A DNA stretch of 62,331 bases, the filler included. It is 5 parts of 5 records of this genome, joined end to end, with 100 filler letters (N's around TTAATTAATTAA, not from the genome) between each part and the next. Parts side by side here need not be neighbours in the genome. Positions count along the whole stretch, not along the records: positions 42,045 to 57,129 come from SRR20825010_6200; positions 57,230 to 62,331 come from SRR20825010_6209; 3 more parts are not named here. One strand, given 5' to 3'. The position numbers and the translations under genes are program-made. This document shows, in pieces, positions 51,139 through 59,617 of this stretch. Numbering within the stretch: the stretch's first letter is position 1; every line of letters begins with the position of its first letter. A model generated the notes under the pieces. It was not told the DNA's origin. It was given only the letters and a program-made list of their open reading frames with translations, and made no database searches.

Positions 51139-51181
51139 CAAATGTAAAGATGGAAACTTTAAAAACAAAAAAAGTTTCCAT
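51139..51181 (-). promoter_or_regulatory. TetR operator candidate plus -7 promoter element
   Basis: Perfect IR ATGGAAACTTT-N10-AAAGTTTCCAT (51150-51181); TACATTTG on the minus strand (51146-51139). Confidence 0.7.
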
Positions 51182-51348
51182 GGTTTTACAATTTTTTAAC
51201 GAAGGGGTTTTATCATTTGTTTCAACGGGACTCTTTTGTATTGGCGAACACAGGGCTAAGTTGTGCATCTTTGTCGATGGTATTGCCATCAATGTTTCCC
51301 AACCGCCAAAAAAAGGGACTGAACTGAAGTAAGTATTTCTTCTTGCTG

Positions 51349-51780
51349 TTAGTTTTCTTCTGTTGTATCATGATTTTCGTTTTTGATTTTTCTTACATAT
51401 GTTTTAAAAGCTTCTTCACCTTCCTCTTTCCAAAATTGGTCGTAGTGCTTCCATTCATCAAAATCCCTTCTCCAAGACCCACATTTATTGGACGATTTAA
51501 TCTTCTTTTTGTGACTGCCGCTCTTGCTTTTTCCACCGCCTCCGCCAAAACCGAACAACAGTTTAGCTAAAATAAAGACGCCCAAAGCTTGCCAGTAGGT
51601 AACGCTTCCCACACCAAAAAGGTCTGGCATCAACCAGTTCCAAAGCCGCATCAGCAGATAATTGGCCAGCAAGAATATAACTACCCCCAATATGACCATG
51701 GCAATAACTTTAACCACCTTTTTCACGGTTCTCTCCACCTTCTTTTCTACCGCTTTCTCGAATTCTTTTTTATGTTCCAT
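51349..51780 (-). CDS. Hypothetical membrane protein co-transcribed with the ECF sigma factor
   Basis: Two TM segments around 'LWNWLMPDLFG...YWQALG'; start overlaps the sigma stop. Confidence 0.8.
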   Translation of the reverse strand: MEHKKEFEKAVEKKVERTVKKVVKVIAMVILGVVIFLLANYLLMRLWNWLMPDLFGVGSVTYWQALGVFILAKLLFGFGGGGGKSKSGSHKKKIKSSNKCGSWRRDFDEWKHYDQFWKEEGEEAFKTYVRKIKNENHDTTEEN

Positions 51781-52318
51781 AACTCAGTTCTTTTAAATTC
51801 TCTAATGTTTTTGATAGTTCCGACATGGCCCTGTGCCTTCTGGACATTAAGGTGCCTTGCGGTATTCCTGTTCTTTCTGTTAGTTGTTTGTAATTGTATC
51901 CTTCAAAATCAATGGCGATAATGATATCTCTGTACGCAGGTTTTAAATCTTCTACGGCTCTTTTGAGCGCTTGTTCCATTTCTTGGGAGTAGCGGTTGTC
52001 CGCATCCCCATAAAAGAACTCAGCAAATTCCCGCCATTGTTGGTCTATATCCTCACTAGGCAATTTCCTTTCCTTTTTGCCGCGCATAATGTCTATGATT
52101 CTGTTCCTAATGGCATTGTACACAAAGCCGCCCACGTTGGTTATGGGCAATGCATCATCCGATCGTGAAAACATTCGCAGCGCAACATCCTGCACAATAT
52201 CTTCCGCATCCCTTTCCGATGTATCCCTGATCTTGGACTGCACATAGGAGCGCAGCGAGCCATACTCCTCGTTAAAGAAGTCGGTCAGGTTGTTGCGATT
52301 ATCGGTTTTGGCTGCCAT
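51770..52318 (-). CDS. ECF RNA polymerase sigma factor
   Basis: DAEDIVQDV, AIRNRIIDIMR, GIPQGTLMSRRHRA. Confidence 0.9.
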   Translation of the reverse strand: MAAKTDNRNNLTDFFNEEYGSLRSYVQSKIRDTSERDAEDIVQDVALRMFSRSDDALPITNVGGFVYNAIRNRIIDIMRGKKERKLPSEDIDQQWREFAEFFYGDADNRYSQEMEQALKRAVEDLKPAYRDIIIAIDFEGYNYKQLTERTGIPQGTLMSRRHRAMSELSKTLENLKELSYGT

Positions 52319-52350
52319 TCGGTCGAATCAGGTTGCTTTTCACTTATAGA

Positions 52351-52376
52351 GACGAACAAAAACTATTTCATTGCAA
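52351..52376 (-). promoter_or_regulatory. Candidate ECF autoregulatory promoter
   Basis: Minus strand TTGCAA-N16-CGTC, 32 nt upstream of the sigma ATG. Confidence 0.5.
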
Positions 52377-52492
52377 TTTTTCTGAATTTTTTTTTCAAAA
52401 GATTCCTTTTTTGGAAGGGAGGATACTTTGTATCCGGCTTTTAAGATGCTAAGTCCATCACAAATTGAATATTTGAATGTATTTTTGGCTCT

Positions 52493-53476
52493 ATGTCAGA
52501 TATCGATATCATTAGTCAGTACAGGGAGCAGTTTGTTACGTACCTCAATGAAAGGAACCAGTTAGGGGAGCCGAAGAATCTCTACGAGCCCGTGAAATAT
52601 ATTTTGGGATTGGGGGGTAAAAGAATGAGGCCTATCCTCACCTTAATGACCGCCGAGGCCTTTGGAGGTAAGGTAGAGTATGCTATGGACGCCGCATTGG
52701 CAGTGGAGATGTTCCACAACTTTTCCTTGGTCCACGATGATATTATGGATGATGCACCGTTGCGAAGGGGTAAAATTACCGTACACGAAAAATGGGATGT
52801 GAACACAGGAATCTTATCGGGCGATGCCATGTTGATTTTGTCCTATCAGTTCTTTGAAAGTTATCCTGCAGAAACTTATGTTGAACTCACTAAATTGTTC
52901 AGTAAAACTGCACTTGAGGTATGTGAAGGGCAACAGTACGATGTGGATTTTGAGACCCGGGACGATGTAACCATTGTAGAATACCTCAAAATGATTGAAT
53001 ATAAGACCTCTGTTTTGGTCGCTGCCGCTATGAAGATGGGGGCCATCGTGGCCAATGCGTCCCAAAAAGATGCCGATGCCATTTATGAATTTGGTCGTAA
53101 CCTGGGCATTGCCTTTCAATTGCAAGATGATTATTTGGATGCCTTTGGAGATCCTAAAACCTTCGGCAAGCAAGTAGGAGGGGATATCATGGAGAACAAA
53201 AAGACCTATTTGTACTTAAAATCCTTGGAAAAAGCCTCCAAAGATGACCAAGAAGGGCTGTTGCACCTTTATTCCATTAAACCTGATGACTCTACTGATA
53301 AAGTCGAGGCGGTAAAAATTATTTTCAAGGAAAGTGGCGCAGTGGAAGAAACCAAGTACGCGATAAAGAGTTTTACGCAAAAAGCATTTGATGCCCTGTC
53401 CGAAACTGACTTGCCTGAGAAAAACAAGGCTTTGCTAAAGCAATTTGGTGAAAGTTTAATGGAACGGACCGTTTAG
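52493..53476 (+). CDS. Polyprenyl diphosphate synthase (GGPP/FPP synthase family)
   Basis: GGKRMRP, FSLVHDDIMDD...RRG, CEGQ, YKT, FQLQDDYLD. Confidence 0.92.
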   Translation: MSDIDIISQYREQFVTYLNERNQLGEPKNLYEPVKYILGLGGKRMRPILTLMTAEAFGGKVEYAMDAALAVEMFHNFSLVHDDIMDDAPLRRGKITVHEKWDVNTGILSGDAMLILSYQFFESYPAETYVELTKLFSKTALEVCEGQQYDVDFETRDDVTIVEYLKMIEYKTSVLVAAAMKMGAIVANASQKDADAIYEFGRNLGIAFQLQDDYLDAFGDPKTFGKQVGGDIMENKKTYLYLKSLEKASKDDQEGLLHLYSIKPDDSTDKVEAVKIIFKESGAVEETKYAIKSFTQKAFDALSETDLPEKNKALLKQFGESLMERTV

Positions 53477-54615
53477 AACATTCGCTTAAACAAAGCTCTG
53501 ATGAAGGGCATGGGTTTAGGAGCTGTTACTATTTTAAGCTCTTCCCACAAATTGGTTTCGTTCTCGAGAAATTTTAAGATCAATGAAGCTTTTCTTCGTT
53601 TGAACATGGACTCGAAAATTTCGTGCCCCAAGTGATTGTTCTCATACAGAATATCCAACAAGAGCATATCGTAGAAGAGAAACCTACTTTTTTGATTGAA
53701 TTCTGTCAACGGCTTGCCCGTTTTTAGGTGTTTCACCAATTTAGGCACTATTCGACTAGTGTTGTAAAAGGTATAGCCCGTACTTGGTTTGGCCCATCCA
53801 CCTGCAATTCCTATATTAAAAATCCGATTTGTATTATGTCCATGAAACGGATAGCAGGTCATTGGAATGCTGCCGAGTTCGGTTTCTTCAATAGTGTAAG
53901 GAGTATTCCCAAGATTAGTGGAAATATATGTTTTGATGGCATCCTCATACTCCCTTTTTTCCAAAAGGTGCTCGGAGAACAAGGTATATTCCACTAACGC
54001 TGCGTTATCGGAAAAAGGAAGCACGTACATAAATCGTGTGTTGCCTTTCTGCTCCACCGAAAAATCCATAAAAGTAGCCTCTCTTAAATTAAATACCGAC
54101 TGTTCGGTTTTAATTTGCCATCCGACAAAGTGTTGTTGCAAAACAGGAAATTTACTTTGTTTTAACGGGGGGAAAGAATCATAGAGGCTGGAAAATACCG
54201 TTTGTCCTATATATTTTTGAGAGGAAGTGGTAACCAAAACTTCGTTTTTCTGTTCTTCAATGTGTTGCACTTCTTCCTGCACCCAAGTAACGTTCTGATA
54301 CGCTTTTATCTTAGGTAAAAAGTGGTTGTAAAAGTCAATACCTCGTAGCATCTTGTATGTGTATGGTGCAATGGAAGTTGATTTTTGAAGTTGTTGTCCG
54401 CCCACATAAATCGTATCCCACGTTTTGAAGATGAGGTCATCAAATTGACCTTTGCCACGCTCCCAAAAACACCAAGTTCGGTCGTTTCTGGATTTATCGT
54501 CCTTATCCAACACCAAAATAGATTTGGAAGCAAAGAATTCATCCTTGCCCAAGGCATCGGCTAACAATAGCCCTGCAGCTCCCGCTCCAATAATAATGTA
54601 GTCGTATTTGGGCAT
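53473..54615 (-). CDS. crtY: Lycopene beta-cyclase family protein
   Basis: YDYIIIGAGAAG, NDRTWCFW, FMYVLPFS..ALVEYT, GGWAKPSTGYTF. Confidence 0.82.
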   Translation of the reverse strand: MPKYDYIIIGAGAAGLLLADALGKDEFFASKSILVLDKDDKSRNDRTWCFWERGKGQFDDLIFKTWDTIYVGGQQLQKSTSIAPYTYKMLRGIDFYNHFLPKIKAYQNVTWVQEEVQHIEEQKNEVLVTTSSQKYIGQTVFSSLYDSFPPLKQSKFPVLQQHFVGWQIKTEQSVFNLREATFMDFSVEQKGNTRFMYVLPFSDNAALVEYTLFSEHLLEKREYEDAIKTYISTNLGNTPYTIEETELGSIPMTCYPFHGHNTNRIFNIGIAGGWAKPSTGYTFYNTSRIVPKLVKHLKTGKPLTEFNQKSRFLFYDMLLLDILYENNHLGHEIFESMFKRRKASLILKFLENETNLWEELKIVTAPKPMPFIRALFKRMF

Positions 54616-54640
54616 GGAGTAAAAATACATAAACAAAACA

Positions 54641-54664
54641 AAGGGAAGACATGTGCCTTCCCTT
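54641..54664 (-). terminator. Possible terminator after the hemerythrin gene
   Basis: AAGGGAAG/CTTCCCTT stem with a T-rich tail on the minus strand. Confidence 0.45.
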
Positions 54665-54690
54665 CATATCAATGTTTTTATAAGTGAACT

Positions 54691-55161
54691 TTATTCATCT
54701 TTACCTGGAATTGATGCTGGCCAAGAATCACGGTATTCGGTCATCGTTGTTTCATAACTTTTCGCCAATGATTCAGCTTCCTCTTCGGAATACAGCTTTT
54801 TTGCTTTATCAAAAAAGTCTTTTTCCTCATCTTCCAGATGGTGCTCTACTTTGTGAATCAATTTTTTTACGGTTGCCAACCAATGGGGAGAGCTCATGTC
54901 CGTATCGTTGATTTCTTCGATAAGCTCATCCATTTCATGGTGTTCTGCCATTCCGTGTCTGGCATCTTCTTGCATGTCGTCGCTATCAACCAATGGAGAA
55001 TAGAAATAGCGTTCTTCGGCCACGGCATGCACTTCCAATTCTTTTTTTAGTTTTTTCCAAAGTTCCCTTCGTTCTTCAGTATCCCCCGATGTGTTGCTTA
55101 TTTTATCACACAAATCCCGTTGGATGTCATGGTCCTGTTTAATTGCCTTGTAAATTTTCAT
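54691..55161 (-). CDS. Hemerythrin/HHE domain protein
   Basis: DH, HAVAEERYFY, EHHEMD, HHLEDEE. Confidence 0.88.
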   Translation of the reverse strand: MKIYKAIKQDHDIQRDLCDKISNTSGDTEERRELWKKLKKELEVHAVAEERYFYSPLVDSDDMQEDARHGMAEHHEMDELIEEINDTDMSSPHWLATVKKLIHKVEHHLEDEEKDFFDKAKKLYSEEEAESLAKSYETTMTEYRDSWPASIPGKDE

Positions 55162-55307
55162 ATACCTTGATTTTATTGTAATTATTTAATAACTAACATC
55201 TTAGTAAAATTAAACGTGATACAAAGACATCATTGCTCCATTCGATTAAATTATTGATAGAATTGGGTTTTTTATATTCAGGATGGGGTTAGAGTACGAG
55301 AAACGAT

Positions 55308-57129
55308 TTAGAAAACAGTATACCGTAACCCAAAGAACCCTCGGATCCCTTGGTTGGGTCCGTACACATAACTTGGGTCAAAAGTTAAGGCATAAGGATT
55401 GTTTGGTGTAGCTACGGCATTGCCATTGTTGTCAAAAGTTACTTCCTTATCAAAAGGGTCGTTGGCACGGGCGATGATAAACGGATTGCCACGGTTCGGG
55501 GTCCAGTCCAATAAATTTTTGATACCTCCGTACACTTCAAAATTGTTGAGCCCCTTGTAGGTAAACTGGATATTCTGAATGCTCCAAGTAGGGGAGTATT
55601 CGCTTCGTGGATCCAAATCGCCCAATAGCGGCAAGCGCATCGGGCCATATAAATTTCCCGTATAATCGGCCGTTAGGTGGAGCGACCTAAAAGTGTACGA
55701 TAGATTCCACGTAGCGGTAATACTTTCGGTAAGGATTTGCTGTTGGGTGACCCCATTTTCGGTGTTGCTTACATCCTGCCAAGTAGCTCCCACCATAATC
55801 TTAAAACTGCTCGGAAAAGCAATATCCACGTTGGCACTTATCCCTTGAGAAACGGATTTGCCATCCAGATTATCATAAATGATCTGGTTGGGATTGGTTT
55901 CATAATCGGGCAAGATTACATTCGAGAATCGGGTATAAAAAGCTGAAGCATCCAATCCGATGAAGGTACCGTTATCGCTATATATTTTCTTTAAATAATT
56001 GATATTGACATTGACAGACCGTTCTGGTTTCAATTCCTCGGCAATAACCACTTCTCTAGACCCCGTCAGTGCTGCGTGATCTTCCGTAAATAAATTAACT
56101 ACGCGAAACCCTGTCCCAGCATTTACACGGAAAATATCATTGTCAGAAATCTTCCATTTGTACGCGGCCCTCGGGGTTAGAATATTGCCGTGCCTTTGAT
56201 CATAATCATACCGCAGGCCTGCCAAAAAAGAATGTTTGGGAGCAAAGGAGTATTCATCCTGTGCAAATACACTTGGAATCCAAATGTTGTCCGCCTCGGT
56301 GGTCGCTGGCGTATTGTCATCATAGTAATTATAACGAACCGCGCTCCCAAATAGCAAATCATGGTTGCCTGCGGTCCTGTCCCAGGTCAACTGGGCAAAA
56401 CCAATGCGTTGGTCGGCCAAGTACTCCGTATCGCCATATACCGAGTTTTGGTTGTGGTCGTTATAGGAGAAGGAGAGGAGAAACTTTTCCTCAAACGGCA
56501 ACTGATACTTGCCCAACAGCTCCCAACGTCTTGTATAGATGCTTTCCCCATAAATTTCATCCCCGCCACGATACTCTGGGGTCCATTGCATCTCACCACC
56601 CCAGCGGTCCTCATAAAAAAAGCGACCTGCCAAGGAGAACAGTCGATTATCCTTTCGTTCAAAATCCCATTTTTGGAATAACGAAATACGATCTTGCAGG
56701 GTAAGATCGGTAAAATTGTCGCCATTCTTGTCCACGGGAACATCGTAATTAAAGTAGTTGACGCCCAAAAGCAGGTTTGCTTTATCGCTGACCGATATTT
56801 TGCTGCCCACATCCAAATTGTATTCGCCCCAACCCGTAGCAAAGCCATCGGCAAAGAACTCTGGTGCACTCAGCGCATTTTTAGTGATGATGTTGATCAA
56901 GCCGCCTACTGCTTCACTTCCATAGAGCGAAGAAGCCGGACCTTTTACGATTTCAATCTGCTCGATCAGCGAGTTTGGGATGCCAGTGAGTCCGTAGACC
57001 GTACCCAAACCACTCACAATGGGCATTCCATCAATAAGAACCAAGGTATAAGGCCCTTCCAATCCGTTGATGTGGATATCGCCCGTGTTGCACACATTGC
57101 AATTGATCTGTGGTCGAACCCCGTTCACA
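55308..57129 (-). CDS. TonB-dependent receptor, 5' truncated
   Basis: Plug 'INGLEGPYTLVLIDG', 'IEIVKGPASSLYGSEAVGGLINIITK', C-terminal F. Confidence 0.92.
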
Positions 57130-57229
57130 NNNNNNNNNNNNNNNNNNNNNNNNNNNNNNNNNNNNNNNNNNNNTTAATTAATTAANNNNNNNNNNNNNNN
57201 NNNNNNNNNNNNNNNNNNNNNNNNNNNNN
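57130..57229. other. Artificial contig spacer
   Basis: N44-TTAATTAATTAA-N44. Confidence 0.98.
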
Positions 57230-57265
57230 AGGCTCTGGGGAATTAGACCCTCTATGAGGATTAAA
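57230..57265 (+). repeat. Truncated intergenic repeat at the contig start
   Basis: Similar to 3482-3516; the contig breaks inside it. Confidence 0.5.
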
Positions 57266-57348
57266 GAATAAAAGCACCATGTATCGCTCAAACACAAAAA
57301 GTCAAGATAAATTCAATGTTACAAATTTAACAAACTATAGGGTTTTTA

Positions 57349-57386
57349 ATCTAATTATTATTCATAATATTGTATTATAATTCTAA
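57349..57386. promoter_or_regulatory. Tandem ARG-box-like sites
   Basis: ATCTAATTATTATTCATA and ATTGTATTATAATTCTAA, each 16/18 to WNTGAATWWWWATTCANW, 2 bp apart. Confidence 0.45.
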
Positions 57387-57409
57387 GCAAAAGAACGAAT
57401 ACTTGCGAA

Positions 57410-57526
57410 ATGCAAAAAGTAATTAAAAAAATACAAACCATCTTAAGAGCGTTGTTTACTACAACTACTCCTTCTTATGTATTGGTTCCTGTACGCCACG
57501 TTCGCTTTCCTCGTCGTCGCCCGTAA
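57410..57526 (+). CDS. Putative arginine-responsive leader peptide (38 aa)
   Basis: MQKVIKKIQTILRALFTTTTPSYVLVPVRHVRFPRRRP-stop; five Arg codons in the last ten; directly upstream of the arg operon. Confidence 0.6.
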   Translation: MQKVIKKIQTILRALFTTTTPSYVLVPVRHVRFPRRRP

Positions 57527-57619
57527 GGGTGTTACGATTTTATGGAGTTAGGTGTGTCCAACTCCCCTCTTAAAAACAAATCATTTTTCAATATTATTAA
57601 TTTTTAATTCAGTAATTGA

Positions 57620-58249
57620 ATGCAAATACTTATTGCAAACGATACGCACATACCATATGCACAGACAATCTGTGATACCATTGATGAGTCCGCTAGACAG
57701 CGTGGCACTGGTATTGCAAAACGTACTCCTGAGTATATAACAACCAAAATTCAGAATGGTAATGCGGTAATTGCTTTGGAAGGTAATGAATTCGCTGGAT
57801 TTTGCTACATTGAAACATGGGGCCATGGAAAATTTGTAGCCAATTCAGGGCTAATTGTTCATCCAGATTTTAGAGGTCAAGGTTTGGCTACTAAAATTAA
57901 AAATAAAGTTTTTGAACATAGTAGAACTAAATTTCCAGATGCTAAAATCTTTGGTATTACTACAGGTTTGGCAGTCATGAAAATTAACTACGACCTTGGT
58001 TATGAACCCGTAACATTCTCAGAATTAACAGACGATCCTAGCTTTTGGAATGGCTGTAAAACATGTAAAAACTTCGATATTCTTACTAGAAACGAAGGGA
58101 AAATGTGCTTATGTACTGGAATGTTATACGATCCTGTTGAAAAAGAACAGAAAAAACAGAAACATAAATACGATTCTAAAGTATTTACCCGATTAAAAAG
58201 TATTAAACAGACGTTGTTTCTTAAAAAAGAAAAAGATAATAAAAAATAA
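57620..58249 (+). CDS. GNAT acetyltransferase (probable short N-acetylglutamate synthase, ArgA role)
   Basis: RGTGIAKRTPEY, VHPDFRGQGLA acetyl-CoA motif, FWNGCKTC; first gene of the arg cluster. Confidence 0.8.
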   Translation: MQILIANDTHIPYAQTICDTIDESARQRGTGIAKRTPEYITTKIQNGNAVIALEGNEFAGFCYIETWGHGKFVANSGLIVHPDFRGQGLATKIKNKVFEHSRTKFPDAKIFGITTGLAVMKINYDLGYEPVTFSELTDDPSFWNGCKTCKNFDILTRNEGKMCLCTGMLYDPVEKEQKKQKHKYDSKVFTRLKSIKQTLFLKKEKDNKK

Positions 58250-58288
58250 AACCTACGGAATAGCAACCGAAGAAAATAAAAATAAAGA

Positions 58289-59470
58289 ATGAAAAAATTA
58301 GTATTAGCATACAGCGGAGGGTTAGACACCTCGTATTGCGCAAAACATCTATCTGAAAATGGTTACGAAGTACACGCTGTAAGTGTTAACACAGGAGGAT
58401 TCTCTAAAGAAGAAATTAAAAACATAGAACAGAAAGCTCTAGCGCTTGGTGCTAGCAGTTATACCTCTTTAGATGCCGTACAAACTTTTTATGATAAGGT
58501 TGTAAAATATCTTATCTACGGAAATGTACTAAAAAACAATACATACCCGCTTTCTGTTAGTGCAGAAAGAATTGTTCAAGCTATTGAAATTGTAAATTTT
58601 GCTAAAGAAAATAAAGCACAATATATTGCCCACGGAAGTACAGGTGCAGGGAACGACCAAGTTCGTTTTGATATGATTTTTCAAATTCTAGCTCCAGAAA
58701 TAGAGATTATTACTCCTATTAGAGATAATAAACTTTCTAGACAGGAAGAAATTGATTTCTTAAAATCTAAAGGCGTAAATATGGAGTGGGAAAAAGCTAA
58801 ATACTCCATAAATAAAGGACTTTGGGGAACCAGTGTTGGAGGAGATGAAACGCTTACTTCTCACCTATCACTTCCTAATGAAGCTTACCCGAGTCAGTTA
58901 GAAAACATGGGGAGTCAAAAAATTAAATTAAGTTTTACCAAAGGAGAATTAACAGCAATTGATGGTAAGAAAGACAAAGCCATCAACCTAATTGAAAAGC
59001 TTGATAAAATTGCTTCCTCATTTGCAATAGGTAGAGATATCCACGTAGGAGATACTATTATTGGAATTAAAGGAAGAGTAGGTTTTGAGGCTGCTGCTCC
59101 TATGGTTATTATCAAAGCTCACCATACCCTAGAAAAGCACGTGCTTACTAAATGGCAACAACAACATAAAGATTATTTGGCAAACTGGTACGGAATGTTA
59201 CTTCATGAAGGGAATTATTTAGATGAAGTAATGAGAAATATCGAAGCCTTTTTAACCGATGCTCAAAAAAATGTTACTGGAGATGTTTGGGTAACATTAT
59301 ATCCATATAGATTTTTTGTTGACGGAATAAAATCTGACCACGATTTGATGAATGCCAAATTTGGAAGCTATGGAGAGATGAACAAGGGTTGGAGTGCAGA
59401 TGAAGCAAAAGGATTTATTAAAATTAACGCTAACGCAGCCAAAATTCATCAAGCAGTAAATAATAAGTAG
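58289..59470 (+). CDS. argG: Argininosuccinate synthase
   Basis: LAYSGGLDTS, AHGSTGAGNDQVRFD, GIKGRVGFEA. Confidence 0.96.
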   Translation: MKKLVLAYSGGLDTSYCAKHLSENGYEVHAVSVNTGGFSKEEIKNIEQKALALGASSYTSLDAVQTFYDKVVKYLIYGNVLKNNTYPLSVSAERIVQAIEIVNFAKENKAQYIAHGSTGAGNDQVRFDMIFQILAPEIEIITPIRDNKLSRQEEIDFLKSKGVNMEWEKAKYSINKGLWGTSVGGDETLTSHLSLPNEAYPSQLENMGSQKIKLSFTKGELTAIDGKKDKAINLIEKLDKIASSFAIGRDIHVGDTIIGIKGRVGFEAAAPMVIIKAHHTLEKHVLTKWQQQHKDYLANWYGMLLHEGNYLDEVMRNIEAFLTDAQKNVTGDVWVTLYPYRFFVDGIKSDHDLMNAKFGSYGEMNKGWSADEAKGFIKINANAAKIHQAVNNK

Positions 59471-59602
59471 TTGAAAGTTGAAGGTTGAAGGTTGAAGGTT
59501 GAAGTTTGAAGGTTGAAGGTTGAAAAGTTAAGGTTTTTGGGTTTTACAGCTAAACAATTAGACAGATCAGCAATTAAACATTTCAACAACTAAACAACTC
59601 AT
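59470..59602 (+). repeat. Heptamer array followed by a degenerate octamer array
   Basis: Eight GTTGAAG-like units (59470-59525); seven CAAYTAAA-like units (59547-59602). Confidence 0.8.
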
Positions 59603-59617
59603 CATAATAATAAAAAA

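Noticed and set aside
57477-57551. Alternative-frame 24-aa ORF MYWFLYATFAFLVVARKGVTILWS in the arg leader
   Set aside because: Only one Arg and no link to the operon; the overlapping Arg-rich frame explains the sequence better, though a translational role is not excluded
59470-59602. CRISPR array
   Set aside because: Units are 7-8 bp tandem repeats without spacers; no cas genes in the window
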